Shown: positions 31,474 to 42,062 of the stretch, one piece after another
Layout: every line of letters begins with the position of its first letter
How positions within the stretch are numbered: position 1 is the stretch's first letter
DNA from: Synechococcus sp. AG-683-A03
GTDB lineage: Bacteria > Cyanobacteriota > Cyanobacteriia > PCC-6307 > Cyanobiaceae
Length of the DNA stretch: 48,095 nt
Direction: 5' to 3'
Assembly (NCBI GenBank): GCA_003210555.1
Contig: QCUZ01000001.1
Coordinates: 1-48,095 of the forward strand
Notes under the pieces: generated by a model
Told to the model about the DNA's origin: nothing
Databases searched by the model: none
The model's input: the letters and a program-made list of their open reading frames with translations, nothing else
Translations under genes and position numbers: made by a program

Positions 31474-31602
31474 ATGTTTGGAGGCTTTGCTTGGTTGTTT
31501 CTGTTGGATTGCGCCCAGTATGGCCTTTGTGTAGCAATGGCTATGGGGCTTGGAGCTCTGCAATTGTGTTTTTCGGACCCCCAATCATCCGTGATGCTGT
31601 GA
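31474..31602 (+). CDS. Putative 42-aa hydrophobic microprotein
   Basis: MFGGFAWLFLLDCAQYGLCVAMAMGLGALQLCFSDPQSSVML* (manual translation). Confidence 0.35.
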   Translation: MFGGFAWLFLLDCAQYGLCVAMAMGLGALQLCFSDPQSSVML

Positions 31603-31681
31603 GTTTGTTTGTTAATACTGCCATGATCGCTCAATGTGAGTAAGTTGAGCGAAGACCTGTTCGCATCAGCAGCACAGCACT

Positions 31682-32176
31682 ATGGCGTCATATTCATTTG
31701 ATGTGGTTTCTGATTTTGACCGCCAGGAGCTGGTCAATACTCTGGATCAAGTCCGCCGAGATGTTGGAAATCGCTACGACCTTAAGGACTCAGGCACAGA
31801 GATTGATCTGGCGGAAACAGAAGTGGTTATCACTACAGCTAGTGACATGACATTGCAAGCTGTAGAAGATATCTTGAGGACAAAAGCAACGAAGCGTGAT
31901 CTTTCCCTAAAGATTTTTGACTTCCAAACTCCTGAAGCTGTAGGCGGGAATCGTGTGAAGCAGGTCATTCAATTGCGAAAGGGGCTTAGTCAAGAGCTTG
32001 CTAAAAAGCTCAGTAAAATGGTTCGCGATGAATTGAAGAAGGTCACGGTTGCAATTCAGGGGGAAAGTCTTCGTATTACTGGTAAGAGTAAGGATGATCT
32101 TCAAGCTGCAATTCAACTCGTGAAAAGTAAGGAAGAAGAATTAGACGTTCCACTTCAATTTGAAAATTATCGCTGA
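31682..32176 (+). CDS. yajQ: YajQ family nucleotide/c-di-GMP-binding protein
   Basis: SFDVVS.FD.QE..N, RYDLK, IQG..LRITGKSKDDLQ, PLQFENYR. Confidence 0.95.
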   Translation: MASYSFDVVSDFDRQELVNTLDQVRRDVGNRYDLKDSGTEIDLAETEVVITTASDMTLQAVEDILRTKATKRDLSLKIFDFQTPEAVGGNRVKQVIQLRKGLSQELAKKLSKMVRDELKKVTVAIQGESLRITGKSKDDLQAAIQLVKSKEEELDVPLQFENYR

Positions 32177-32420
32177 ATTTTGATCACTTTACCTTGATTT
32201 TTGCTTAATTATTGGAATTTGGTAATTGTCGACTTGAGGCTGTTGTGAGCTGAGTTAAATGCCTCCTTAATGGTGTTTTGATTTCCTGTACATGTATTGT
32301 TTTGATGGAAAAGTGGTGATGTCTTGTATTGATCTCTTTTTGTGTCGCTAGGCCTTACAATGTTCGCAAGATCCATTGCTAAGGAGTGGTCTTAAATATT
32401 GTTGATGCTGGCTTGGTCTC

Positions 32421-34238
32421 GTGAAGTCTATTTTTCATCCCTTGTCTCGTCAAAGATATTCTAATTTTTTGATCCTAAATGTCTCTGCAGGCATCTCTTT
32501 GTTGCTGTCTGCTTCTCCGATTTGTGCCAATCAAATTCGTTTAAAAGGACCTACTGCCGAAAATCTTTTACAGGAATCTGGTCAACGTTTTCATCCTGTT
32601 GATTCATCACTCGGAATTGTAAGTAGCCAGGAGCGACTGGCGAGTGAAGCGGGTGCCTTAATGCTACGGAAGGGGGGGAATGCCATAGATGCTGCAGTAG
32701 CCACAGCTTTTGTCCTATCTGTGACTTTGCCCCAGGCTGGAAATCTTGGTGGAGGTGGATTCCTTGTGTTCTGGCATGCGCCTGAGCGCAAATCCTATGC
32801 GCTGAATTTTCGCGAAATTGCTCCTCAGCTTGCGCATCGAGACCTTTTCCTTAACGCTGATGGAACAGTGAGTAAAAACAAGGAGTTTTTTAGTTTATTG
32901 AGCACCGGCGTGCCTGGGAGTGTGGCCGGACTTCTAAAGGCTCAGAAGCGTTTCGGACGATTGAGTCGGGCTGAGGTGATGGCTCCTTCGATACAACTGG
33001 CTGACGCTGGTTTTGTTGTTTATCCACAATTGGCCGACTCTCTTAAGAGAGCATTTCCACGTTTGAGCCAAGACCCCACAGCAAGGTCACTTTTTTATCG
33101 ACAAGTCGATGCTCCTGAAGGTGGAATTCAGTGGACTCCCTATCAATCAGGTGAAAAGCTCCGCCAGCCTGATTTGGCCAAGTCCCTAAAACTCATTTCT
33201 GTTAAGGGCGTCTCGGGTTTTTATGAAGGAACGACTGCTAACAAGATCGTGGCTTTAATGAAGGCTCAGGGAGGACTAATTGATCATCTTGATTTATCTG
33301 ACTTTTCTGCTCCCTGGCTAGAACCTGTGAAGGGAGTCTTTCGCGGTTAAACGGTGATTTCTATGCCACCACCAAGTAGCGGTGGCGTTACCCTTCTTCA
33401 GATCTTGAAGCTGATTGAACCTTTTGATCTTGAGGTTTTAGGTTTGAACAGTGCTGATTCCATTCATTTGCTGACGGAGAGCATGAATCTTGCTTATCGC
33501 GACCGTAATCATTTCCTTGGAGATCCAGATCAGATCGATATACCCATTGGTAAACTTCTGTCTTCATCATATATTGATGGTTTGCGAGATCAATTAAACC
33601 TCAATTCTCATACTTCAGCGGCTGATTTGGCGGGGCAAGCCCCTATGTCATCTGGTGTCAATACAACTCATCTTTCTGTGGCTGATCGTGATGGTTCGTT
33701 GGTGGCATTAACCACGACATTGAATTTTGCCTATGGCAATGGAATCGCCGTTCCAGGTGCTGGTTTTCTTTTGAACAATGAGCTGGCAGATTTTACGGCC
33801 AAGCCTGGTGTTCCTAATGCTTACGGCTTGGTGCAAGGGGAGCAAAATGCGGTTGCTCCTGGTCGAAGACCGCTCAGTTCAATGACGCCAACCATTGTTT
33901 TGAATGAAGCGGGCGATTCTTGGTTGGCGACGGGTAGCCCTGGTGGTAGCCGGATTATTACAACTGTCTTGCAAGTGCTTTTAAACCGGATTGTTCATGG
34001 TCTCAATCTTGCGACCAGTGTTGCCACACCCAGGATTCACAGTCAGCTTTGGCCTGATTCCTTGCAGCTTGAGCAGGGATTAAGTCCTGACACAGTTCAC
34101 TTATTGAGACAGCGAGGTCACGCATTGCGGTTTACTCGCTCGATGGGATCCGCGAATAGTGTGGAGCTCAAGCCAAATGGCGGGAGTTTTGGAGTTGCTG
34201 ATCCTCGCAGGCCTGAAGGAGCTGCTATTACAGAATAG
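32421..34238 (+). pseudogene. ggt: Gamma-glutamyltransferase interrupted by an in-frame TAA at 33348-33350
   Basis: GGNAIDAAVA, GNLGGGGF, FREIAP, VPGSVAG | FRG*TVISMPPPSSGG, NTTHLSV, GFLLNNE, RPLSSMTP, GSPGGSRI, ADPRR. Both halves are in the same frame. Confidence 0.9.
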
Positions 34239-34240
34239 TC

Positions 34241-35164
34241 TTAAAAAAGTTGTGTCCCAAGTTGCAATGAAAAGCTATTGTCGATTTGTGGAGATGTTAG
34301 TGAATTGTAAATGAGTTGACCATTCAGAGATGTAAATAGTTTCTTGTCTCCCAAGGGATAGATCTTGATTGTTCCTGAGAAATTATTACTCGGAGATAGG
34401 CCATCTACATAAGCCCCTGTAAATTGATTGCTCAGTGAGAGATTGAAGTAATTGTTGGGGTCCCAGTCAAAGCTAATTCGTGCGCTACTTGCTGCAAATG
34501 TATTTCCACAGTACTTGTCACGTGTGCAGAATTTTCCACCCCAAATAGTCTGTACTGACGGCCCCGCAGATACATTGAGGGTTGTAGTGTCGGTTTTTAT
34601 GAGATCGTATCCAAGTCCAATTGAATTAATAAGGTTATTTGCACCTACCTGATTAAGTGTGTCATAGTCATAAATGTTTGAGATGTAGGCGTTTGATTTT
34701 CCTGAGAATGTGTATGAATAACGTAGATCTATTTGTCCTTGGTTGGTGTCAGTAGAGCCTTCCTTTTCGCTAGCACTTCTGGAAAAGCCATATTCTGTAT
34801 TGGCTTTAAAGGAAAATAGGCTTACTTCGTCCTTGTATTGTGTAACGAGTTGAGATGTGCTGTCAAGGTCATAGTCTCGATCTGTATTAGAGCCTGTAAT
34901 TCCGGCTGAAAAGCTTCCTGTCCATCGCTTTTTCTTCGGCTTGGCTTTCAGGGCTGTCGATTTGATTTTAAGTTTCCCCAGGCTTGGATGGTCAATGACC
35001 GTAACCGTATCAGTGCTTTCACTCTTAACTAATTTTCCTTGAATCTTGTCGCCGTTGCTTAGGACCAGTGTAATTGTTTCTGCGGAAGCGATGCGTATTC
35101 CGCCTTCTAATAGCAGCAGCACTGTTGCGTTTAGGGCGATTGAAAGGCGTCCTGCTTTTATCAA
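34241..35164 (-). CDS. DUF481 family outer-membrane beta-barrel protein
   Basis: Signal peptide, L.NGD.I.G N-domain, alternating beta-strands, C-terminal Phe. Confidence 0.78.
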   Translation of the reverse strand: MIKAGRLSIALNATVLLLLEGGIRIASAETITLVLSNGDKIQGKLVKSESTDTVTVIDHPSLGKLKIKSTALKAKPKKKRWTGSFSAGITGSNTDRDYDLDSTSQLVTQYKDEVSLFSFKANTEYGFSRSASEKEGSTDTNQGQIDLRYSYTFSGKSNAYISNIYDYDTLNQVGANNLINSIGLGYDLIKTDTTTLNVSAGPSVQTIWGGKFCTRDKYCGNTFAASSARISFDWDPNNYFNLSLSNQFTGAYVDGLSPSNNFSGTIKIYPLGDKKLFTSLNGQLIYNSLTSPQIDNSFSLQLGTQLF

Positions 35165-35198
35165 AGTGGAAGGATTAACTCATGTTTTTCATTTTACA

Positions 35199-36443
35199 TT
35201 ATATTGACAGATTTATTTGCGCACCTGTTGCCCAGATTGTTTGCCTAGACCCTTCTCCAGAGGGGTTGATGATCCATTGCATGAGCGGCTGTATTTGCAG
35301 GCGTTCAGATATTTGTATCTTGTAGTTGAGTTCAACGACCCCTTCGTAGCTTTGGTTGGGGGTAATGCTTCGACTGAATCCGTTCCTGTTTAACCCCAGC
35401 GCTAATACGTCTTGGGGCCTGCCAGGAATGATGCCTTGGCTGAGCAGTCCAGCAGCTGTATAGCTTGTTAGTGGATTGTTGTCGGGATCGAGGCTAAGGC
35501 TGCTGGATATCCAGATTCGGTTGTCTTCCCCGATTGGTAGTTGGGGCAATGGCCAAGTTACAGTCGCGTAAATGCCTCGATTGGTTCCTTCACCCAGGTT
35601 TTTGTTTGAGTTGACGTCTAGGTTTGTCGATGAAATATAACCGCCCAATTGAATAAGAGGGTCTGGCATGTTTAGTGCCTCTTCCTCTGTTTTTGTTTGT
35701 TTAGAATTGGCTAATGGATTCATCGACCACTGGAAGATTTGTAGACTCCCTTCGAGCTTTGGTGTTAGCGGTGTAACCCCTAGAGCAGCTGCGATCTGAT
35801 GTGTTTTGTTTAGGCTGTAGTAGGCATAGTCAAGGCTTCCTAGTTGTTTGTGGTGAATGCCTATTTGTGCTCCTGGAGCGCTAAGTGGCATGATTGGATA
35901 GCCAATTACAGATAGATTGTAGGGCGTATCTAATGTGTAATTTGTGTAGTAATCCAGTGCAGGTATTTCCATTAAATTATTTCCGATTGCAATCACTCCA
36001 GCATTCATGCTCCAGTCGATTTTCTTGTTGCCTTCGATCCGTTCTAGCGATGCTTGCGTGATCCACATGCCTGTTGGAGTGACCAGACTTTGCAGCGGAT
36101 ACTCGGTTCCTAGTTGTTCATTGAGATTTGGATTGCCTGCGAACTGACTCAGTTCCAGCTGAATCTGCCAGTGATCTAAGCCTGTCCAGCTGTTCCGGTT
36201 TTTGTAGAGGCCCGTCCCGAGGGTGAGTCCCGCGGCAACTTGTTGCATCCAACTACTGGAAGATGGCTCGATACCACCTCCGACTCCCACCACCGGCTGG
36301 GCAATGAAATCTAGGTTGAAATCAATCCATCGAGGTTGTGGGCGAGATGTTTCCGCATCGTTGGGTTGAGCTTCAGTAAAAAACAGCCCAGAACTCAAGA
36401 TCGCATTCGCGACACATTGAGCCCAGAACCTCGTCTTATTCAG
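35199..36443 (-). CDS. Carbohydrate-selective porin, OprB family (start TTG 36398 or CTG 36443)
   Basis: [24 protein letters not shown]....[14 protein letters not shown]-terminal OprB signature. Confidence 0.85.
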   Translation of the reverse strand: MNKTRFWAQCVANAILSSGLFFTEAQPNDAETSRPQPRWIDFNLDFIAQPVVGVGGGIEPSSSSWMQQVAAGLTLGTGLYKNRNSWTGLDHWQIQLELSQFAGNPNLNEQLGTEYPLQSLVTPTGMWITQASLERIEGNKKIDWSMNAGVIAIGNNLMEIPALDYYTNYTLDTPYNLSVIGYPIMPLSAPGAQIGIHHKQLGSLDYAYYSLNKTHQIAAALGVTPLTPKLEGSLQIFQWSMNPLANSKQTKTEEEALNMPDPLIQLGGYISSTNLDVNSNKNLGEGTNRGIYATVTWPLPQLPIGEDNRIWISSSLSLDPDNNPLTSYTAAGLLSQGIIPGRPQDVLALGLNRNGFSRSITPNQSYEGVVELNYKIQISERLQIQPLMQWIINPSGEGSRQTIWATGAQINLSI

Positions 36444-37741
36444 GAGATTGCAGCGAAGCTTTCTCGGAATGCCTTGATGGTCGCGTCGATGTCTTCATCG
36501 GAATGGGCAAGGGATGTGAAGCCCGCTTCAAAGGCAGATGGTGCGAGGTAAACACCGCGTTCGAGCATTGCTCTATGAAGTTGTCCAAACCGCACGGAAT
36601 CGGTCGTTTTCGCTTCTTCGAAATTTCGAACTGGACCTTCACAAAGGAAGAATCCAAACATGGCCCCAACGCTGCCCCCGGTAATCGGAAGCCCGGCCTC
36701 ACGGCCTGCATCAAGAATTCCTTGGATTAAGCGCTCGGTTGTAGCGGTGAGCTTCTCGTAACTTCCTGGCTGCTTGAGCAATTCGAGTGTTTTGATCCCA
36801 GCCGTCATTGCTAAGGGGTTGCCGCTCAACGTTCCTGCTTGATACATCGGGCCAGCAGGAGCAACCATTTCCATGATCTCTTTGCGACCGCCATATGCAC
36901 CAACAGGTAAACCTCCCCCAATGACCTTGCCCATCGTGGTGAGATCAGGAGTCACACCAAAGTGCGCTTGCGCTCCGCCGTAGCTGATTCGGAATCCCGT
37001 CATCACTTCATCGAAGACGAGAAGTGCTCCGTTTTCTTTGGTGAGCTCTCGCAAGCCCTCCAAAAATCCTGGTTCCGGTTGGATGAATCCTGCATTGCCA
37101 ACAATGGGTTCAAGAATCACTCCGGCGATGGCGTCGGGATTCTCAGCGAACAGCTGTTTTACCGATTCCAGATCGTTGTAGGGAGCAGTCAGCGTGTTCG
37201 CTGTAGTGCTTCGGGGCACTCCTGGTGAATCGGGTAGGCCGAGTGTTGCCACCCCTGAGCCAGCCTTAACGAGGAACATGTCCGCGTGGCCGTGGTAGCA
37301 GCCTTCGAACTTGATGATCTTGTCGCGCCCTGTGAACGCACGAATCAAGCGCAACATCGACATGCAGGCTTCAGTGCCGCTATTCACAAAGCGCACCATC
37401 TCCACGCTGGGGACGGCTTCAATCACCATCTCGGCCAGGGTGTTTTCTAAAGCGCAAGGAGCTCCAAAGCTTGTGCCTTTCTCAATGGCTTCTTGCAGAG
37501 CGCTGATGACCTCTGGATGCGCATGGCCGCAGATGGCTGGCCCCCAGCTGCCGATGTAGTCCACGTATTTATTTCCATCGACATCCCAGGCGTAAGGGCC
37601 TTTGACCCGATCGAACACGATGGGTTGTCCTCCGACCGACTTGAAGGCGCGCACCGGAGAGCTCACACCGCCCGGCATCAGAGCCTTGGCAGCACTGAAA
37701 ATGGCCTGGGAGTGGCTGGTGTTCAGGTTGGAAGCAGTCAC
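36440..37741 (-). CDS. hemL: Glutamate-1-semialdehyde 2,1-aminomutase
   Basis: [63 protein letters not shown]. Confidence 0.98.
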   Translation of the reverse strand: MTASNLNTSHSQAIFSAAKALMPGGVSSPVRAFKSVGGQPIVFDRVKGPYAWDVDGNKYVDYIGSWGPAICGHAHPEVISALQEAIEKGTSFGAPCALENTLAEMVIEAVPSVEMVRFVNSGTEACMSMLRLIRAFTGRDKIIKFEGCYHGHADMFLVKAGSGVATLGLPDSPGVPRSTTANTLTAPYNDLESVKQLFAENPDAIAGVILEPIVGNAGFIQPEPGFLEGLRELTKENGALLVFDEVMTGFRISYGGAQAHFGVTPDLTTMGKVIGGGLPVGAYGGRKEIMEMVAPAGPMYQAGTLSGNPLAMTAGIKTLELLKQPGSYEKLTATTERLIQGILDAGREAGLPITGGSVGAMFGFFLCEGPVRNFEEAKTTDSVRFGQLHRAMLERGVYLAPSAFEAGFTSLAHSDEDIDATIKAFRESFAAIS

Positions 37742-37877
37742 GGGGACGGGAGCCAAAGGGCAGTTGCAAACCGTGCAACATCTTGACCCAAGATCGGCCC
37801 GATGTGTTTTTTCTGTAGTTGAAGCCTAAGAATTGATGACAAAGCTGCCTAGGTTGCTTCAGTTCGGCACGTCATCA

Positions 37878-39350
37878 GTGAACTACGACTGGCCAGCGCT
37901 TGAGCGGGAATTGAGGGGGTTCCTCCCCTCGAAGTCAGTCGTCGCGAAGCGGCAGGAATTGTTGTCTTACGACTGTGATGGTCTCACCATGGATCGGCAC
38001 ATGCCGAAGCTTGCGGTGTTGCCTGAAACGGCCGATCAGGTGGCGAAAGTCTTGGCGTGTTGCCATCGCCAGGGCATTCCATTTGTGGCTCGAGGGAGTG
38101 GCACTGGGCTTTCAGGTGGTGCGCTGGTGGAGCAGGAGGCGCTTTTGGTGGTGACCAGTCGGATGCGCCGAATTCTCGACATTGATCTCGACAATCAAAC
38201 GATCACGGTGGAGCCCGGTGTGATCAACAGTTGGGTGAGTCGTGCGGTTGTTGGTGATGGTTTTTATTACGCCCCAGATCCTTCAAGTCAGGTGGTGTGC
38301 AGCATCGGTGGCAATGTCGCTGAAAATTCAGGTGGTGTGCATTGCTTGAAATACGGCGTCACTAGCAACCATGTGCTCGCCTTGGATGTAGTGCTGCCGG
38401 ATGGCACACCCACGCGCCTTGGCAGCGCGTTGTGTGATTCGGCTGAGCTGGATCTCCGGGGTGTGTTCATTGGGAGTGAGGGCACGCTAGGTATTGCTAC
38501 GGCGATCACCCTTCGCCTGTTGCGCGCTCCCGATGCTGTTGGCGTGTTGCTGGCTGATTTCCCTTCCATGCAGGCCGCTGGAGAAGCTGTGCGTTTGATC
38601 ACGCGCGCGGGGGTCTTGCCGGCTGGGCTGGAAATCATGGATCAGACCTGTATCAAGGCTGTGAATGAAGCGTTTGGAGAAGAGGAATATCCACCGGATG
38701 CTGGAGCTGTTTTATTGATTGAGCTTGATGGCCAGGAACAGGAGGTCAAGCAAGCGGTCACGGTCACCACGGCCCTTTGTCGGCAAGCTGGGGCTGGCGC
38801 GATCCGTGAAGCCTGGAGTGAAGAGGATCGGGCCCGTCTCTGGAAAGGCCGCAAAAGTGCTATTTCGGCTCTTGGAAGGCAATACCCCAGCTACTACCTC
38901 CAAGACGGTGTGGTGCCGCGTACAGCTCTCCCAAAGGTTCTTCAGGCCATTGATCAGCTCAGCGAAGAACACGGCCTCGTGGTGGCGAATGTGTTTCATG
39001 CCGGTGATGGCAACCTGCATCCCCTGATCTTGTATCGAGCGTCAGAGCAGGGTGTGAATGAGCGGGTGAAAGAGCTCGGTGGCGCGATCATGAATCTTTG
39101 CCTTGAGGTCGGTGGGAGCATCAGTGGTGAACACGGAGTGGGCAGCGATAAGCGCTGTTATCTCGACAAAATGTTCAGCGCTGAAGACCTGATCAGCATG
39201 CAGAGGGTTCGGCTTGCTTTTGATCCGCTTGGCCGTGCCAATCCTGGAAAAATTTTTCCAACCCCAAAGAGTTGCGGCGAGTCGTTGCGACGCTCTGTGC
39301 AATTGCACGCAGAGGGACAATCGCTTCCCGCAGAGGCCGTTGTGTATTGA
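37878..39350 (+). CDS. glcD: Glycolate oxidase FAD-binding subunit GlcD
   Basis: ARGSGTGLSGGA, YAPDPSS, IGGNVAENSGG.HCLKYGVT, GSEGTLGI, HAGDGNLHP, SGEHGVG..K, NPGKIF. Confidence 0.92.
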   Translation: MNYDWPALERELRGFLPSKSVVAKRQELLSYDCDGLTMDRHMPKLAVLPETADQVAKVLACCHRQGIPFVARGSGTGLSGGALVEQEALLVVTSRMRRILDIDLDNQTITVEPGVINSWVSRAVVGDGFYYAPDPSSQVVCSIGGNVAENSGGVHCLKYGVTSNHVLALDVVLPDGTPTRLGSALCDSAELDLRGVFIGSEGTLGIATAITLRLLRAPDAVGVLLADFPSMQAAGEAVRLITRAGVLPAGLEIMDQTCIKAVNEAFGEEEYPPDAGAVLLIELDGQEQEVKQAVTVTTALCRQAGAGAIREAWSEEDRARLWKGRKSAISALGRQYPSYYLQDGVVPRTALPKVLQAIDQLSEEHGLVVANVFHAGDGNLHPLILYRASEQGVNERVKELGGAIMNLCLEVGGSISGEHGVGSDKRCYLDKMFSAEDLISMQRVRLAFDPLGRANPGKIFPTPKSCGESLRRSVQLHAEGQSLPAEAVVY

Positions 39351-39352
39351 AA

Positions 39353-40177
39353 TCAGTCTTCAACCTCTTCGTCGTCCTCGAGGTCCCAGGCCAGGTCAAC
39401 AACTACAGGGGCGTGGTCGCTGGGTTGGAGGCGTCCCCGTTCTTGCTTGTCGATCGAACAGCTGCGAGCGACTTCCCGAAGCGTTTCATCGAGATAGATG
39501 TGATCGATTCGCCAGCCACGACCTCGATCCCAAGCGCCACTGCGGTAATCCCACCAGCTCCAATGGCCGCTGTTTGGTTCGAACAGACGAAATGCATCCT
39601 GAAGATCAGGACCTAGCGCCGCTTTCAACGCGTTCCGCTCGCGATCTGAGGCCATGATTCCCCCGGTTAAGCGATCTGGATCAGGGAGGTCTCTCGCTTC
39701 AAGCCCAATATTGAAATCTCCCATCACGCATAGCGGTTCATCTCTGGTTTGGATGGCCCTTAAGTAGCGCTCCAGACAGGACAGCCAGGTGAGTTTGTAG
39801 CTGTATTTATCCGAGCTGAGACTCGATCCATTGGGGACGTACAAATTCACGACTCGTACGCCATCGATGAGGGCGCTGATGACGCGTTTTTGAGCACCAA
39901 GCTCTTCGGCTTCGTCGTCGTCAGGGAGCTCTGCGCTGAAACCCATGCGCACGTCTTCCAGTGGTGTGCGGCTTATCAGTGCAACGCCGTTGTAGGCCTT
40001 CTGTCCGTGAATCTGAACTTGATATCCCCTCTGGAGAAACGGCTCTAGCGGAAATTGAGGATCGTCCACCTTGGTTTCCTGCAACGCCAGCAGGTCTGCT
40101 TCCGAGTGTTCAAGCCAATTCAGAACATGATCCAGTCGGGTTCGCACTGAATTGACATTCCAGCTGGCGATTTGCAC
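39353..40177 (-). CDS. xth: Exodeoxyribonuclease III
   Basis: ASWNVNSVR, LQETK, GQKAYNGVA, YVPNG, GDFN, WSWWDYR, RIDHI, SDHAPV. Confidence 0.97.
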   Translation of the reverse strand: MQIASWNVNSVRTRLDHVLNWLEHSEADLLALQETKVDDPQFPLEPFLQRGYQVQIHGQKAYNGVALISRTPLEDVRMGFSAELPDDDEAEELGAQKRVISALIDGVRVVNLYVPNGSSLSSDKYSYKLTWLSCLERYLRAIQTRDEPLCVMGDFNIGLEARDLPDPDRLTGGIMASDRERNALKAALGPDLQDAFRLFEPNSGHWSWWDYRSGAWDRGRGWRIDHIYLDETLREVARSCSIDKQERGRLQPSDHAPVVVDLAWDLEDDEEVED

Positions 40178-40237
40178 GGATGATGCGGCTTCTGAAGGTG
40201 ACCCTTAGCATCAGGCCGTTATTTAGGAGCTGAGAAC

Positions 40238-40543
40238 GTGCCATCGCTTACCGCGTTTAGACCTCATCTTCTTGGATTCATCAGTGTGCTGTCGCTGCTG
40301 ACTTCCGTCGAGGTTCTGGCTCAGGAAAGCCCGATGAGTAGTGGCTACAAGCCTTCCCAGCAGCGTGATGTGTTCCAAACCGTGCCAGTTCAGAAAAACC
40401 AGGAGTCGGTGCTGGACGCCACCAACCCCATGGAATTGATGAATCGATTGCGTAGGGCCAATGCCATGAATGACGCAACACCGCCATCCGACGCCATCGA
40501 TGCAGCGCTTAAGGCTTTGGAGGTGTCTCAGCCGGCGCCTTAG
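40238..40543 (+). CDS. Conserved hypothetical exported protein
   Basis: Signal peptide; LDATNPMELMNRLRRA..M.DATPP.DAIDAAL. Confidence 0.72.
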   Translation: MPSLTAFRPHLLGFISVLSLLTSVEVLAQESPMSSGYKPSQQRDVFQTVPVQKNQESVLDATNPMELMNRLRRANAMNDATPPSDAIDAALKALEVSQPAP

Positions 40544-41273
40544 TCGGAGGGGGCGGAACGGTTGCACGAGGTTTTGCTGTTCTGTCTGCACCCTTTCGGA
40601 AGGAATCAAGTTGCCAGCGCACCGCTATCTGATCAATCTTTTGCTTGTCTTGTTCACTGCTAGGCAGGCGATTTCGTGCCCTGAGAAGCACTTTCTGAGA
40701 TTGTTGATTTTGACCCTTGTCTCGATGCAGAAGAGCGAGAGCGAGCAGAGGTTCGATTCGTTTAGGAGATTCCGCGCCAATCAGTCGGTAGGTGGTGATG
40801 GCTGCGTCGTCTTGACCGGATAGGCGTTGTAAATCAGCGAGGCGCAATCCAAGCGCGAGTCTTTGACCTTTTGGGGTTTGCTTGAAACGATCGCTTGTCT
40901 GTTTCAAAGCGGTGGCCTGGCGCTTGGTTCCCACATCCAACAACAGTTGGAGGTTCTGAACTTCTGGGCGATTGGGCCACAGGGCTTGGAGGGTGATGAG
41001 CTCATGTCTGGCCCCATCGCGATCACCTCTTTGCAGCTTCGTTTGGGCCAGGAGCAAGCGCCAACGCCTATCGCGAGGATGGGAGTGGGCGCGTTGCTCC
41101 AGCCTTTGCTCTGGCTCAATGGCCTCAGGAAACTTTGTTTGAGCTGATCGTTTGACACGTTTGAGGCGTGCCTTTGTCTGTGGATTGCTCTGTTGAGTGA
41201 GCTTTGGATTTTGATCTGCTGATGAGGCTACAAGCCAGCCTGTGATCAGGGCCAAAGGAAGTCCCAACCCCAT
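40509..41273 (-). CDS. TPR-like repeat protein with N-terminal membrane anchor
   Basis: Helical repeats (LLLAQ..L..GD..GA; LADL....G....A...Y; LLALALL...KG). Start uncertain (track 41417). Confidence 0.72.
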   Translation of the reverse strand: MGLGLPLALITGWLVASSADQNPKLTQQSNPQTKARLKRVKRSAQTKFPEAIEPEQRLEQRAHSHPRDRRWRLLLAQTKLQRGDRDGARHELITLQALWPNRPEVQNLQLLLDVGTKRQATALKQTSDRFKQTPKGQRLALGLRLADLQRLSGQDDAAITTYRLIGAESPKRIEPLLALALLHRDKGQNQQSQKVLLRARNRLPSSEQDKQKIDQIAVRWQLDSFRKGADRTAKPRATVPPPPTKAPAETPPKP

Positions 41274-41405
41274 CAACCATCGATTTCGAACCGCCTGTAG
41301 TCGGTTGGCGCCGGGCAATCTGAATGGGGAGTGCTGAGACCACTTTGTATCGAATCCCTCGAGCTGGCTAGAGTCATCGAAGGCAAATGGAAGCCACTGA
41401 CAGCA

Positions 41406-42062
41406 ATGCGCGACCATCCGATATCCCCGGTTACAGAACCCCTCCAGTACCGGGCGATCGGTGTTGTTAGGGGCGTCTACCGACCGGAATCCGACGATCA
41501 GCTGACCCGTGGAGTCTTGATCGATTCCGATGGCAATGAATTAGAGGCTGTCGTTCTTGGCAGGATGCTCACCCTCATGCGTCGTCACCTCGACATGACA
41601 GCACCACATCTTTGGGTGGTGTATCCCCGCTGCCGTGAGTCTGAGCAGCTGCATCTCCAAATTGCAGGGATTTGGGAGCCGAGCACGCTGGCGACAGCTG
41701 AATCTTCAGATTCCGAAGCTACCGATGCTCAGGGGGCTCAGGATCAACTGCCTGAAGGCGACGACTTCTTCTCCATTCGTGGGGAATTGATCTTCACGAA
41801 GCCAGAAGCCAATGAGCTCGTCGTCAAGGTGCGCCAGCTGCCTCGCGCTGATGGATTCCGTCCTTTGCCGTTCAAAGTTCAGCTCACTGGAGAGTTGCCC
41901 CTCGAGCACCTAAGGCATTTCGTCAGCTTGGATGTGCGCCGTCAAGGACAGCTCCTTGCCGTTGAGGCCGTTGAAGTGATTGCACCAATGCCAACGCGAG
42001 GAGGGAAAGGAAGGGAGGGATCCCGCAAGGGAGGTGCTCGTCCCCGACCTGCCAAGACCTGA
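41406..42062 (+). CDS. Conserved cyanobacterial hypothetical protein
   Basis: MRDHPI.PVTEPLQYRAIG, HLWVVYPR, GIWEP, DDFFSIRGEL. Confidence 0.78.
   Translation: MRDHPISPVTEPLQYRAIGVVRGVYRPESDDQLTRGVLIDSDGNELEAVVLGRMLTLMRRHLDMTAPHLWVVYPRCRESEQLHLQIAGIWEPSTLATAESSDSEATDAQGAQDQLPEGDDFFSIRGELIFTKPEANELVVKVRQLPRADGFRPLPFKVQLTGELPLEHLRHFVSLDVRRQGQLLAVEAVEVIAPMPTRGGKGREGSRKGGARPRPAKT

Larger units (their letters stand above)
17306..36439. other. Variable region / genomic island anchored at tRNA-Arg, ending at the hemL stop
   Basis: Abrupt switch to more AT-rich DNA, short orphan ORFs, long intergenic tracts and pseudogenes. Core gene order resumes at hemL. No integrase seen; yajQ inside is probably core, so the region may be composite. 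Confidence 0.7.

Noticed and set aside
31531-31544. NtcA-like site GTA-N8-TAT, and GTA-N8-AAC at ~27914-27927 before the NblA-like gene
   Set aside because: Each has a mismatch in the core and lacks a properly spaced -10 element; such matches are expected by chance.
17306-36439. Prophage, integrative element, CRISPR array or defence system in the island
   Set aside because: No integrase, transposase, capsid, cas, nuclease or RT motifs were seen, and there are no regularly spaced repeats.
40509-40543. 35-bp convergent 3' overlap between the exported hypothetical and the TPR gene
   Set aside because: Short tail-to-tail overlaps with low-complexity tails are common in compact genomes.
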